Origin: Camelus dromedarius
Lineage: Eukaryota
Direction of reading: 5' to 3'
Assembly: GCF_036321535.1 (NCBI RefSeq)
Contig: NC_087437.1
Coordinates: 76,696,001-76,760,000, forward strand
Length of the DNA: 64,000 bases
Position numbers and translations under genes: made by a program. Under the pieces are notes generated by a model. The model saw nothing but the letters and a program-made list of their open reading frames with translations. It was not told where the DNA came from and searched no databases. How positions within the stretch are numbered: position 1 is the first letter of the stretch; every line of letters starts with the position of its first letter. Below, piece after piece: positions 26,274-39,041 of this stretch.

Positions 26274-26442
26274 GGTGGTGGATATGTGAGTGTTATTGCA
26301 TGATGTTTTATTTCATACAGATTTTATAAATAATCATATGTGTCTTCTGATAATATTATATATAAAAAATGTTCTCTACTAGCCAAGGAATGATAACTGA
26401 AATTGAAAATAATTGCTATTCTGTTCAGAAAAATAGCCATAC
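26274..26442 (+). mobile_element. Short insertion, probably an old L1 3' tail, between 11-bp direct repeats
   Basis: TCTTTAACTAG at 26263-26273 and 26443-26453; the insert resembles an L1ME 3' end with an A-rich stretch. Confidence 0.55.
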
Positions 26443-26891
26443 TCTTTAACTAGATTGCTGTGTATGCAGCATCTGTTTGTATGATCCTTGCCAGCAAGTT
26501 TAAACAAATAATGCCAAATAATAATATCCTCCATCCTCCATCACTGCAGATCCCAGATGTGGATTGACACTTCCACTTCAGTCTCTGATGTTGAAAGATC
26601 TCCCTAGCCCACTTCAATAGTTATTAGGACAAGATCCCAGATTGGCTTAAAGTGAGCATCATGTGGAACTCTTCATAAACCCTGAGCATGATTTATCTAC
26701 CTCTGCAAGATGGTTTCATGGGGAAGCTGCACTGATTTTCTAGAAAGATGGTATTGTATCTTAGTCATGATACATGCAACAAGAACACTCTGAAGTAAAT
26801 GCGTGTGATTAAATATGACTGTAATTGTCACGCTTTAAGAAATAAAACTAACAAACAATATGGCACATAGTAGGTATTCAATACATGATCA

Positions 26892-27378
26892 TTTTTTTGT
26901 GTATATATATTTTTCATTGAAGTATAATCAGTTTACAATGTGTCAATTTCAGGTATACAGCATAATGTTTCAGTCATACATGAACATACGTATACTCATT
27001 TTCATATTCTTTTTCATCATAATTTACTACAAGATATTGAATATAGTTCCCTGTGCTATACAGTATGAACTTGTTTATCTATTTTATAAGTATTAGTCAG
27101 TATCTGGAAATCTTGAACTCCCAATTTATCCCCTCCCATTCCCTCCTCTCTCTGGTAACCATGTTTGTTTTCTATGTCTGTGAGTCTGTTTATGTTTTGT
27201 AAATTAAGTTAGTCTTTTTTTTTTAGATTCCACATATAAGTGATATCATATGGTATTTTTCTTTTTCTTTCTGGCTTACTTCACTTAGAATGACAATCTC
27301 CAGGTCCATCCATGTTGCTGCAAATGGCATTATTTTATTATTTTTTATGGCTGAGTAATATTTCATCGTATAAATATA
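26892..27378 (-). mobile_element. Young lineage-specific (camelid-like) L1 3' end, 5'-truncated
   Basis: TTGAAGTATAATCAGTTTACAATG, TTAGATTCCACATATAAGTGATATCATATGG, CCATGTTGCTGCAAATGGCATT. Confidence 0.9.
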
Positions 27379-27759
27379 CTTCTCTGGGACATTCCGACAA
27401 CATTGGCAAAAGTCTGTGTCAGGGGACCTAGAATATTTTCAGAATGGAAATAATATAAACAACCAAGGCATATGCGAAGATTTTTGGTACAACCTGTTGG
27501 ACACCAGTGTTTTTCTGAATTTATATGGATTCTGCATATCTTTTGTGGGGGAGCTTTTGGATTCAGGCATCAAAGTGTCACTAAAGGCATCATTTCATCA
27601 ACTCTTAATTTTCAGATCTTTTCCAACATCCTCACTGAGTGGTCATCCACTCTATATAGGAACATTTTTGCAATAGGGGTCTCACCATCTTTATTTCCAC
27701 TGGTGGAGAGTTTGATGCCTCTCTCTTTTGGTGAAGTAAGTCCTTTGATACATCACCTC

Positions 27760-28030
27760 ACACTTTTTGAGAATCAAGAGCTAAGAAGAGCAGAGTCCTC
27801 TGTTCAGGTCTCCCAAGGCAGCGAACAAGGTATTGTCCAGATTATCTTCCTTTCTGGACTTTGGGGTTCTCTTCCAAACTCATGTGATTGTTATCAGCAT
27901 TCAGTTCCTTGTGTCTGTGGGCAGAGGTTCATGCTTCCTTACTGACTCTTGGCAGTGCCCACCCTCAGCTAGGGACCGGCCAGTGTTCCTTGTCGCAGGC
28001 CTCACCACATGGCAGCTTACTTTTTCCAGA
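27760..28030 (-). mobile_element. MaLR LTR fragment (MLT1D/E-like)
   Basis: CTTCCAAACTCATGTGATTGTTATCAGCATTCAGTTCCTTG...CACATGGCAGCTTACTT. Confidence 0.7.
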
Positions 28031-28599
28031 CATTTCTTTTCAGACATTGCCTCTCCATCATTCTCTTTATTTTCTCTTTTTGGTAACTCCATTTAGATGT
28101 ATATTGAATCTTTGTGTTTCATTCTCCTTGTGTTCTTTTTATTTTTTTCCTACCCTTTTTTATGGCTTGCACTCTAAATACATTCTTCATATCTGTTTCG
28201 CAGTTAACGAATTCTGTACTTAACTGTGTTTAACCAGTTTTTTTTAAACCATTCACCAAGTTTTTAACTTAAATGCCTATGTTTCTCATTTCTAAATATT
28301 GTACTTTGTTTTTTAAAAATTTGTTATTTTTTCTTAAGCCCCATTTTTTCTTTAGAATTTCATCTTAATATTTATGTATTTCTTAACTTTCAACACATTT
28401 ATTAGTTTCTCTTTAGTTATACATAATTTTAGATTTTTTTAAGACATGTAAATACTAATTATAAGGTCACTAGATTGTTCCTCTCATTAAAGCCTAAAAC
28501 CAAAGCTATTAAAATATAAGTTTATCATAAATTACTTCTTTCTATTTGAAATTTAAAACTATATTGTATTTTGTCTAAATAAAAGCAAACTTATCTTCT

Positions 28600-29700
28600 A
28601 TTTTTTTAAAAGCTGCTGCTTTTCCTAGATTTTCTACCTTGGTTAATGGCAGTGTCATCTCTTTAGTAGCTCAACTAGACACATTTAAGTCATACTAACT
28701 CTTGCCTCTCAATAGTCTACCACTCAAGTAGTACCAACCTACCACATCCAAATGGTACTTGATTTTACTTCTTAAGTGTCTATAAAATCAATTCTATCTT
28801 CTTTTCCACTGCTAAACACCCTTACTATCTCTCATCAGGACTGTTGTCAAACAATAGTTTTCTGCCTCCAAACTCTTTTAAAAGTCAGTCCTCAAAAATT
28901 TTTTACATTTTTTTAAATGAAAAATTGTATTTCATGTAATGTCCTTCTTTATTCTCAACCTTCCCTGGATCTCTGTCTATAAAGGATAAAGGACAAGTTC
29001 CTCAGCATAGCTTAAATTTATAACATGGCCCCGAACCTCTTCCCCGTTTGTTTTCCTAGCATTTCTATATTGTCTATGATCTCATATGGTAAATACTCAC
29101 TATTCTCTATATCTGTCATGCTTTCAAACATCACTATGTCTTTACACTTGCTGTTCTCTTCAATGGAGATAGTTTCTTTTTCACTTAATGCACTTTTGTT
29201 CATCCTTTGTTTTTGACAGTTTTTTTAAATTGACATATAGTTAATGTACAATATTATATAAGTTACAGGTGTACAATATAGTGATCTATATATAGGTATT
29301 AACAATTCTTAAAGGCTCAGCTCCATTTGTAGCTATTATAAAATATTGGCTACATTCCCTGTGTTGTACAATATATCCTTGTAGCTTATTTTATACATAA
29401 TAGTTTGTTCCTCTTAACTCCCTACCCCTATATTGCTTCTCCTCCTTCTGTTTATCTTTTAAGATCCAGCTAAAAAATTTCTCTTTGACGCTTCCCCTTA
29501 CTCCTATTCCACCTTGTACTCTCATATCACATGTAAAGAACATTTTTTACATTGTATGTTAGTTATTGGTTATTTGCCTGTTTCTTCCACTAAATTGCAA
29601 TACCACCATACCTTATTTAGCTTATTCACCTCTTGCAACTTTTCCCATTTAGTACCTAGCACATAGTAGGTACTCCATGAATATTTTTTGTTAGATGAAA
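28600..29700 (+). mobile_element. LINE-2 3' portion
   Basis: L2 ORF2-like text and tail GTACCTAGCACATAGTAGGTACTCCATGAATATT. Confidence 0.75.
29209..29448 (-). mobile_element. L1 3' fragment inserted in L2
   Basis: CAGGTGTACAATATAGTGAT, TTCCCTGTGTTGTACAATATATCC; TSD TGTTCATCCTTT (29197-29208) / TGTTTATCTTTT (29449-29460). Confidence 0.9.
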
Positions 29701-32179
29701 AAGTGATAAGAATGTTTAAATTGGTCTATCCTATAAAGTATAGAGTACAACTTAATAGTCAATTATTTTCTGTACTCTGACATATTTCACAGAGGTAATC
29801 TCTTTGAGGAAAAGTGTTTGTAAATGAAATTGGAAACTGAACCATAACTCCATATTTTTCATGTTGCTAGATCTCTACTTTTGATAAATTGTCAATCATT
29901 TTTATCAGAGTTTTATCTGATCCATGACAAAAAAAGAAAATAATCTTTAAGCAAGTACCTAATGCACTGTGGGGTTTGCAATATTTAAAATTACCCTGCT
30001 ATGAATCCTTTCATAAACTTGAAAAAATATAATATAAATAATTACCCTAAATTATAGCTTCAGAACTTTTTAGGTTGTGGGATATAATAGCAAAATGAAC
30101 TACGCTTATCCTTTACTTATCAGAACTAACTTGAAACATTTTTTTGGACTGATTGATATATTGAGGACACGGAAACTGGATTCAGTTAGAAAGTTCTAAG
30201 TTTTTATTAGAGAGTCTTCTCTCACTGAAAATAGTTTTTTTGTTTTTCACTGTTTTTCTTCTTGAGGGCAACTTGTATCAAATTGGATGATTCAAAGTTC
30301 AGGTTAAAAAGTTTTGTAGTTATCAAAATATCTCCTTTTGCCCTTTGGTCTATCTAACTCTTGTTTTCTTTTTTTTCCTCTTTTAAATTCTTTTTCAGAT
30401 TCAATACCAAATATGATGCTATTAAAGGGAGATTTTCTAAACAATTTTTAGAGAATCAAAACAGGGAGTTCTGCTGAAATATTAACTTCTACTGACACTT
30501 AAAATGCAAAATATCCATGTATTTTACATAATCATTTGAAGAAAAAAATATTTCAGTATCAAATAAAGGATGGTTTAATAAATTTTACATCAGTACAATA
30601 CATGTTAATTAACAGATAATATTTAAAATGACTTCAAAATATGAACACTAACATTAGCTCTTGGAAGCAATAGTAAAAAATGACTCATAAAAATTAATCC
30701 TCAGGGTAGGTGTTTTTATATAAGCTGTTCTTCCACATGCTTGAAAAATGGGAAACATTGCTTCTGAGCTAAAATATAATAAAAAGGTCAGAGAACTGTC
30801 TTTCTGTGAAAGGGTAAGACCTTAGGCTGTTTGGGTTGAAAAAATATTAAGGAAATGAACTCATTGCTGCTACTGTTTCTTGTCATAAATTTCGCTGAAA
30901 TGAATAGAGGTCTCATCAAAATAAACAAGAGATGAATTGCAGGGTTCACTGTTCATTTCTTTGCAGTTGGAGGCGCTGTTGGATTTTCTTATAACTGTAA
31001 ATGATGCTGAAAGAATGTAGACTAGAATCTAACGAATTTTATGCCGAGCAATCACAGAAGCAAGCAAACTTTCCACTGTTATCCTATTTATGGAGGAATT
31101 TTTTTTAAAGCTATTGATACAGAAAAATCTATAGAATTCATAGTATTTGATTACGTCTGGCAGGCAGAGTCTATGCTTCTGAGTGTCACAGGCTCCAGCT
31201 TCTGTATCTGTGTCTCTTTTGAAGATGTTAGAGATGAAGAAGGGGCCCCTTCTAGGGAGGCCAGCACTAGTGCCAGGCTCTATTTAGGGTATCTGCTTAA
31301 GCATGGATCCACTGGTGAGAGCCCAAGCGACGTACAGTCAGTGAAAAGATGCGTAACAGCGTTTACTCTGAATGCACTGCTCCAAGTTATGAAGCAAATG
31401 AAAGAAAACTATTTATCTTTTAAACGGGGGAGGGCATTCTTATTCACCACAAAGAATGAAATCTAAAATACTAAGCAGTTTGTCTCAAAGGACTCTTAAA
31501 GTCCCAAACAGCCTTAGTCAAAAGTACTTGTTCAATATGTAAGCATGCCTTTGTGACTGTTTTGTAAAGGACCAATAACTCAAATGATTTGATCAAGTTT
31601 TTTTGTGCACTCATCTTAGAAACAGAAACTAAAAATTGCTTCTAATATAGTATTTTAAGATGCTTTAAACAAAGCCACAGACCCGTTTTATTTGGTGACC
31701 ATGACGTGCCTGAGAGAATAGCTATTTGCATGGGGGGGGGCTTCTTTAAATACATGAACTTAGTGTATTTGCATATGGAATAATTGAAGAGGAGTGGGAG
31801 TAAAGAGAGTTCCACACAAACGTCAATTCTATGCACTGCGTTAAGTTACAATACAACTTTAATTTAAATTTTAGTTTTCTTTTTCCAGTTAATCCTATAT
31901 AGAGCCAACAAGGCACGAGGCACTGCAAGGAAAGTAAAATAGGAGGAAAGTGGTCCTGCCTTAGAGAAGTTCATGATCTAGTTGGGAATAGAGTCACACA
32001 GAATAGAATTTTTTGCTTGGTGTATAAAACATAAAGCTGGGCAGATGTGTGTTGTAACGACCACCGATTCACCAACCCCATTTGGTTCCAACGTTTGGGA
32101 GATCATTAGGCATATTGCACACAACATTAATATAACAACCAGCATTTTGAAATATTAGTTTTGGGACCTTAATTTACTC

Positions 32180-32580
32180 TTTTTAAGTTGAAGTATAATT
32201 GATTTACAATATTGTGTTCGTTTCAGTTGTACAGTAGAGTGATTCAGTATTTGGCAGATTATATTCTATTACAGGTTATTAAAAGAAAATGGGTATAATT
32301 CCCTGTGTATCCTTGTTGATTATGTATTTTATATATAGTACATTTGATCTGCTACTCTCATACCCCTAATTGTCCTTCCCGCATGTCCCTCTCTTCTTTG
32401 GTAATCACAAATTTGTTTTCTGCATCTGTGAGTCTGTTTCTATTTTGCATATACATTCATTTGCATTATTTTTTAGATTCCACATATAAGTGATATTATA
32501 CAGTATTTGTCCTTCTTTGTCTGACTTATTTCACTAAACATAATATACTGTAGGTCCATCCACATTGCTGCAAATGGCAA
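32180..32580 (-). mobile_element. Cetartiodactyl-type L1 3' end
   Basis: TTGAAGTATAATTGATTTACAAT, TTAGATTCCACATATAAGTG; ORF tail LPFAAMWMDLQYIMFSEISQ. Confidence 0.9.
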
Positions 32581-33769
32581 TAAAGTACTTGTCAACACTG
32601 CTAGAAGAAAGATCAATGCTGTCTTTAAAATTTTAGATTGATTTTGGTATAAGTAATGAGATGGCAGAATTTCAAACAAACATAAGTGGGGTATGTTACC
32701 AAAATGCTTCAGAGTTGAGATTATTTCTAAAAACTCACTTTTGAATTAAGCACATTGATTGGTATGTCTTCTTTTCTTGAAAATTAATAGGTTGAAAACT
32801 AACATCCATAAGGTCATTTATTTGAGCATTTATGTGACCATCTGCTGCTTTTGGAAGACTGATAAAAAAGGAGAAAACAAATAAGATAGAATACAACTTC
32901 ATATGTATGTAATCTAAAAATGACTATGCTTACAAAAATGCTTGTATGCGTAATGTTAGTGACTCATGAGTTAGTGACTCATATATTTCCAACATATTCC
33001 CTCTGATTACTTGTAAGGAATAGTCAGTGTAGCATTAAGGACAGCAGCAGCAGCATATGTATATATAGGTTTATTTTTTCTAAGGATTAGATGTCAAGTT
33101 ATCTAGCATTAATGATTGTGGTCAGTGAGGTTTGCATAACAGAAGAAAGTTTTAATAAACTAAAGGAATTCAATTACCTTAACCAACATGATGACTAAAT
33201 GCACAGGCAATATCTCTAGTACTTGTATATAAGAAGATTCAAATCTCATAGTAATATTTTATAATATAGAAAAATGCTTTGAATACAATGGAAGAAGTAG
33301 GTAGGTATCATTTTTCTCCTGTTATATCCTTGCTTAGATTTTTGGCTTGTTTGCAAGAGTGATTTTTGGGTTGAGGTGGATTTTTTTTCCAGACATGGAA
33401 TTTTTTGAGATGAAAAAATTGGTCTGTAAAGAAAATACATATTTGATGCCAGAACAACAATAAAAAAAGAATATCAGTTCTAGTTCACACTAGTCCTTTT
33501 TTTGTTATTTTTGCACGTTACTCAAATTAATTTCTTTTTCTTTAAAGATAATTATTGAATATTCATAGAATACCTCTACTTGTTGAGTTTATTTGCCCTG
33601 TAAGATTATTTATTTTTGGAAATATTTTGAAGTCAGCTCATTGTGGTCTATGAACCACCTGCCTTGTAATGTAAAAAGCAACCATATTGGTTAAATAAAA
33701 TTTCAGTTTATATATACAGTTGAATGACTCATTATGAAATAATGTGGAATTTTAATTTTTTACAGTTAA

Positions 33770-35490
33770 TATCATAATGCCTTAAAAATCATCTTTGAAT
33801 TATAGGACATAAAGCTATTTGCTTATATTTTCATACAAAAGCTCTGAAGTTTTGCTTTTCATATTTAAGTCATGAATTCATGTGAATTGATTTGTGTGTG
33901 GAAAACCATCACTGTAAATTGAAGACAACCTCATTTCCCCAGTGATCTGAAATTCCAGCTCTCTCATTTGTTTTTTTCACTTACATGTGGATCTATTTCT
34001 GGGCACTCTAGTCCATCCCATTGAACAGTTAGATTTTCCCTTAGCTTATATCACAATGTCTTCATTCATCTGCCATTCTAATAAGCTCTTTTTGCTGAGG
34101 GTAAGCCTGCCCTCCTTTTTCTTTATGAGTGATTTGGGTATACTTGGCTCTTTGCTCTCCTATGAACATTTTAGAATCAGCTTATCAACATTTACAACAA
34201 GTCCTATAATGATTTTGATTGGGATTGCATTAAATCTTTAGGTCAATTGAGAGAGAATTGATATTTTTAAAAATGCCTCTTTATTCACACATATAGCGTA
34301 TGTTTTCATTTGTTTATCATCTGGAATGTTTCATAACACTTGTATAATTTTCTCTACCTGGGTTGTGAAACAACGTTTGTTAGATGTATTCTAGGAAACT
34401 TACAGTATATGTTGCTGTTATGTTATTTTTACAAGGATTTCCCTAATTGTTGATGGGATATAAAAATGCACATGATTTTTGTATATTAATCTTATAACCA
34501 GCCATCTGACTGTTTTCTCATCAATTCCTATAAATTTTGGATAGATTATTTTTTAGCTTTTTGATTATATTATCTATGACTAATAGTTTGTCTCTTCTTT
34601 CAAGCCCTTAACTTCCCATTCTTTTTTAAGCCTGATGCTACTAGTCAGACATTCCCATTAATTAATTCCTATTTATTCCCATTTATATGGAATTGAAGCA
34701 GTTGAATCCTTGTCAAATTTCTGACTTCAAAAGAGATGCCTCTTAATTTCACCCTTAACAATAACATTTGCAATATGCTTTTGTCAGATGTATCAAGTAA
34801 GTTCATTTCTCTTGCTATTTTGCTGAGTTTTTATCCTGAATGAGTCTCTATTTTTTCTCAGGTTTTCTGAAATGCTTTTTTCTGCATTGATTGAGATGAT
34901 CATATGCTTTTACTTTCTTTTTCTATAATTTTATTCATAATGTTAAATCATTCTTGGATTTTGGAATAAATCTAAATTGTTCTTTGTGGATCACTTATTT
35001 TATTCATTATTTGGCTTGAATTGGTAGTATTCTGTTCAGAATTCTTGTCTCTGTGTTTATGAATGAGATCAATTATTTTCCTGTTTTTGAATTATTGTTA
35101 TTGAATCTACATATCAAGGTAAAACTTTAAGATCAGTATCCTGGTCTCAGTGGTTTGGGCAATATGCACCTCTCCTCTTTTTCCATTATCCGGAAGACTT
35201 TGTATAAGATTGGAAAGATTTTATCATTGAAAGTATATTAGAACTTGCATGGTAGAGGACTCAGGCCTGGAATTTTTCCTCTTTTTAGGTATTGTTTCAG
35301 TTTTACAATAATTCTAAGAAATTGACACAACATTGTAAACTGACTATACCTCAGTAAAAAATAATAATTCTAGGCCTGTTCAGACTTTCTGCTTCATCTT
35401 GTTTAAGAGTTTACATTTCTTTTTTTGATAAAGTTGTCAATTTTAGCTAAGTTTATAATTTTATTGATAAACCGCTCCTTTCTCTCCTCT
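33770..35490 (-). mobile_element. Old L1 ORF2 fragment
   Basis: GATTTTGATTGGGATTGCATTAAATC, GATTTTTGTATATTAATCTTATAACCAGC, GATTGAGATGATCATATG. Confidence 0.8.
35317..35360 (+). mobile_element. Ultra-short (~45 bp) young L1 3' tail insertion
   Basis: AGAAATTGACACAACATTGTAAACTGACTATACCTCAGTAAAAA matches the reverse complement of ~26910-26950; TSD ACAATAATTCTA/ATAATAATTCTA. Confidence 0.85.
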
Positions 35491-35496
35491 CTCTAG

Positions 35497-36134
35497 TATT
35501 ATCAGACCAAATTTGGGTCTGCTCAACCTGTGTGCAGTAAAGCCAATCAACTGACACCAGATTTAAAAAAAAAAAAGTGCAGCATTTTTTGCAAGGAATA
35601 TGGACAGCTAATGCTCAAAAGACCCAAACTCTCCAGTGGCTTTCAGGGAACTGTTCTTAAAGACAAGATGAGGGAGAGGATCTCAGGGTCTGTGATCAGT
35701 TCATGGACATCCTTCTGACTGGTTGGTGGTGAAGTAATGGGGTGATTTTTAGGAATCTCAGTTATCAACCTTCTGGTTGTAACCTGTCTGGGATCTAAAT
35801 GCTGGTTGAGAAGCAGTTAACTTCTTCCACCTGATAGTAGTTTTAGTTTTAGTATCTGCAAAACAAGTCAAAGATATGACTCAGGATATTACCTATAGTC
35901 TTTAAGGAGAAAATAAAAAGTCCTTGACTTTGTTTTATGGCTAAACTATTATGATTTTGTCTTCCTTGGCTGTTTTCCTTTGTTTCTGCATTTTCTCATT
36001 TCTTTGATTAAATCATCTGCTCTCTAGAACTTGGAAAAGGCCTAGGAAGCTAAAACTTTTCTGCAAACAAGAGGACAGGGACACAGAAGGGTTGTGTCCC
36101 TGGGAAGATCCTCACAGGGTCCTGCTCATTTCCA
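35497..36134 (-). mobile_element. ERV1-type solo LTR
   Basis: Shares CTGACTGGTTGGTGGTGA and GGGTCCTGCTCATTT with 38567-39041; flanks CTAG/CCAG. Confidence 0.85.
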
Positions 36135-36185
36135 CCAGGGTTCCAGTTAGAATTGACTGGATCTTTTCATTCTACCTTCCCTGTA

Positions 36186-36675
36186 CAGTATATGTCAGGG
36201 AGATATTGCAGGTTTAGCTCCAGACCACAATGAAGCAAATATTGCAATAAAGTGAGTCACATGAATTTTTTTGGTTTTCTAGTGCATATAAAAGTTATGT
36301 TTACACTATATGATAGTCTTTTAAATGTGCAATGGCATTATATCTAAAAAACAATGTACATAACTTAATTTTAAAATATTGTTAAAAAAATACTAACCAT
36401 TATCTGAGCCTTCAGCAAGTCATAATCTTTTTTCAGTAGTAACTTCAAAGATCACTGGACATAGATCATTACGTTGAATATAATAATAATGACAAAATTT
36501 GAAATATCACGAGAACAACAAAATGTGACAGAGACTTAAAGTGAGAAAATGCTGTTGGAAAAATGACACTCAGAGACTTGCTCAATGCAGGGTTCTCACA
36601 AACCTTCAATTTGTGAAAAAAAAAAAGCAATATCTGTGAATCACAATAAAGCAAAGTACAATTGAGGTATGCCTG
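36186..36675 (-). mobile_element. Tigger1 internal-deletion derivative
   Basis: TA on both sides; GAGATATTGCAGG...; end TGAGGTATGCCTG. Confidence 0.9.
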
Positions 36676-36679
36676 TATA

Positions 36680-38100
36680 TTTTTAATTTTTATATTTTTG
36701 ATTCCTTTCTATTGCTCTTTGTTGTGTTTTTGTTTTTTTTTTTCAGATACAACTTTACTAATGTCTCTTTGGCTGTGTTTATTCTGCTATTTAACTTGCT
36801 TATTCAGGTTTTTTTTTTTATTTCAACAATTTCATTTTTCTTATCTAGAAATTCCATTTAGTCTCTTTTCTAGAATTGCCTGATAATTTCTTGGAATCTC
36901 TTGAGGCTTTTTCCATTGTGAATTTATCTTTTATTTCCTTATGCATTTTATATTTTATATTTTGTACCTGACAATTCCATTATTTTAAGGTTTTTATTAA
37001 ACCTCTTTTGTTTCTGTTGCCTCATGAAGCATCTGCTTGATGGTATCAGAAATTTACACTTGATTGATCTTAATCTGAGAATAGGTGGGCTTAAATTGCA
37101 AATATTTTCCTTCACCTTTTGTTTCTGATGAGAGCCCTGGGGGGACCATAGATCTAGGACTACATTAGACTCTTCAGGTGTCCTTGCTTAAAATAAAAGT
37201 CTCAGCTTTATCTCCTTCATTTGGTCAGTTGCCCAGAGGCTAATGTGGTGCAGTTACAATAGTATTATGGGCACTTGCCCTTGGAGCAGTCTTGTTTCTC
37301 CCACTTGATTACCTCTCACTGCTCACACATTCAACTCATAGTTCGTTGAGAGAAGGATGACAGACTTCCCTGCTTCTTGCGAGCACTGAATGCGTTGAGA
37401 ACTATATTATCCATTATCTAGCTGATTTATCGTGGGAGAATCTCTCTGAGAATTCAGCCTGCCACAATGCCAGATGGAGAACCCTCACACTCACTCTTGG
37501 AGGATGGTTGAACTAGTATAGAATTCCTTCAGCTCTTTGAAGATGTATGACAGTATTTCCTAGGATCTATTTTTTGCCAATGAAAATTCTGCCAGTGTAA
37601 TTATTATTTGGTAAGTAACCACCTTTTCTTTCTGATAACTTTAAAAATTTATATTTTATTATGCATTTCAAATGTAGGCTTAAATTCCAGCTTGGAAATT
37701 GGATGTCCTTTTGATTTGAGGTCTCCTTCTTCATTTTGGGGGAAAAAAAACATATCTTCTAATATTGCTTCTCACATTTTGTTGATGGGTAGATAAACAC
37801 CTATTCAACCTGTCTTGGACACTCTCAGTTACTTTCCTTGTTTATAAAATATCTGTCCTTCTCCCTCTCTTCCTTCATTTTTTTCATTGTCTTTTAATAT
37901 TTTTAACCCTCTGTTCATGTTCATAGTGAATATCACTCTCTTCAAGTTTAATAATTTATTAGCTCAAAAATATGATGTCTGACCTATTAAGTTTTAGTTT
38001 CAGTGACCCTATTGTCAGTTTAAAAAAATGTTGATTTATTTTCACTTCTACTTGCTCATGTTTTATAATATCTGTTTTAGTGTGATTAGTTTGGTTTGGT
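36680..38100 (-). mobile_element. Old L1 5'/ORF1-like fragments
   Basis: T-rich antisense L1-like text (TAGTATAGAATTCC...GCCAATGAAAATTCTGCC); boundaries uncertain. Confidence 0.45.
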
Positions 38101-38291
38101 TTGGTTATATTTTGTAGCATTAGTTATTTTCACATATTTTGGAGTTTTACTTTGTACCCCGTGTTCAGTGAGATATTTTTTTCTCTCTTTGCTCTCGTCC
38201 TTTTTGGCTAGTGGTTTTGTGGCTGCCACCACAGGGCTCCTGGAATCTTTTCCACAAAGGGGTCTCACTTTTGCAATTCAGAGCTTTTTGG

Positions 38292-38335
38292 GTTTGTTTT
38301 GTTTTGTTTTGTTTTGTTTTGTTTTGTTTTGTTTT
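38292..38335. repeat. (GTTTT)n repeat
   Basis: Directly visible. Confidence 0.95.
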
Positions 38336-38566
38336 CCTGTGAGGGCTTTAGGAGAGTTTCACAGACAATGCAGCCTGTCCAGTGTGTGGCTTGGCTTAGG
38401 ATCAGATTTTGAAGCTATGACCCACCTTCTTAAGTTGGTAGCTTTATGGAAGTTATTCTGACATTCAGTTTTCTGTAGCAGTTTTTCAGCCTCCTTTTAG
38501 GCACCAAGAAGGCCAGTCCCAAGCAATAAACCTGGTTAAAGTTCCCGCTTTTACCTTGGCCACTTC

Positions 38567-39041
38567 TGTTACCAAATCAAACTTGGGTCCATGCAGCTGT
38601 ACACAGTACAGCCAACCTACTCAGAGAGAGTTGTAGTAACAGAAAGTGCAGCATTTATTGTGAAGGTGCCAGTACAAGGAGAAAGGTGGCTCGTGCTCTA
38701 AAACCCTGAACTCTCTGAAGGGTTTCAGCAAAGCATTTTTAAAGACCAGGTGAGGGCTGGGATTCGCAGGGTACGTGATCAGCTCGTGCGCAGTTCTCTG
38801 ACTGGTTGGTGGTGAGGTAACAGGTTGGTTAACATGATCAGTCCTTAAGCACCAGTAGGTGTGGGGGCTCATGATCATCAAATAGTTATTTTCTTCCATT
38901 TGGTGGTGGTTTTAACACCTGTAAAACAACTTGGGAAGTGTGCAGCAGACACTTAATGAGGTCCTTCAGAGAGGAGCTGCAGCAGAAGATATGGGGGAGG
39001 GGTCTGTCCCGGAAGGCCCCATGGGGTCCTGCTCATTTGCA
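38567..39041 (-). mobile_element. ERV1-type solo LTR, shorter relative of 35497-36134
   Basis: TGTTACC...TTGCA ends; CATTTATTG (AATAAA on minus strand); CpGs retained; no clean TSD. Confidence 0.85.

Larger units (their letters stand above)
24770..26800 (-). mobile_element. Putative ancient Ty3/Gypsy-type integrase fossil (MamGyp-like), fragmented
   Basis: Collinear minus-strand motifs ECSCC (26790-26776), KWA (26614-26606), IIQTD (26485-26471), ESPNRRL (26188-26168), GFSPFDILF (25918-25892), KLSP (24823-24812), EVVK (24797-24786); many stops and frameshifts. Confidence 0.5.

Noticed and set aside
25831..26289. 152-aa plus-strand ORF
   Set aside because: Non-ATG start and no recognisable domain; it lies antisense to the putative integrase fossil.
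27416..27945. Overlapping 86-aa and 157-aa ORFs; possible endogenous bornavirus-like fragment
   Set aside because: Only 3-4 residue coincidences with bornavirus N, and the longer ORF runs into an MLT1 LTR.
31041..31466. 141-aa ATG ORF in unique sequence
   Set aside because: No recognisable homology, promoter or splice context; compatible with chance.
35497..39041. Two related, co-oriented LTRs as the ends of one provirus
   Set aside because: They differ in length (~640 vs ~475 bp), the first has its own TSD, and the interval holds L1 and Tigger rather than gag/pol.
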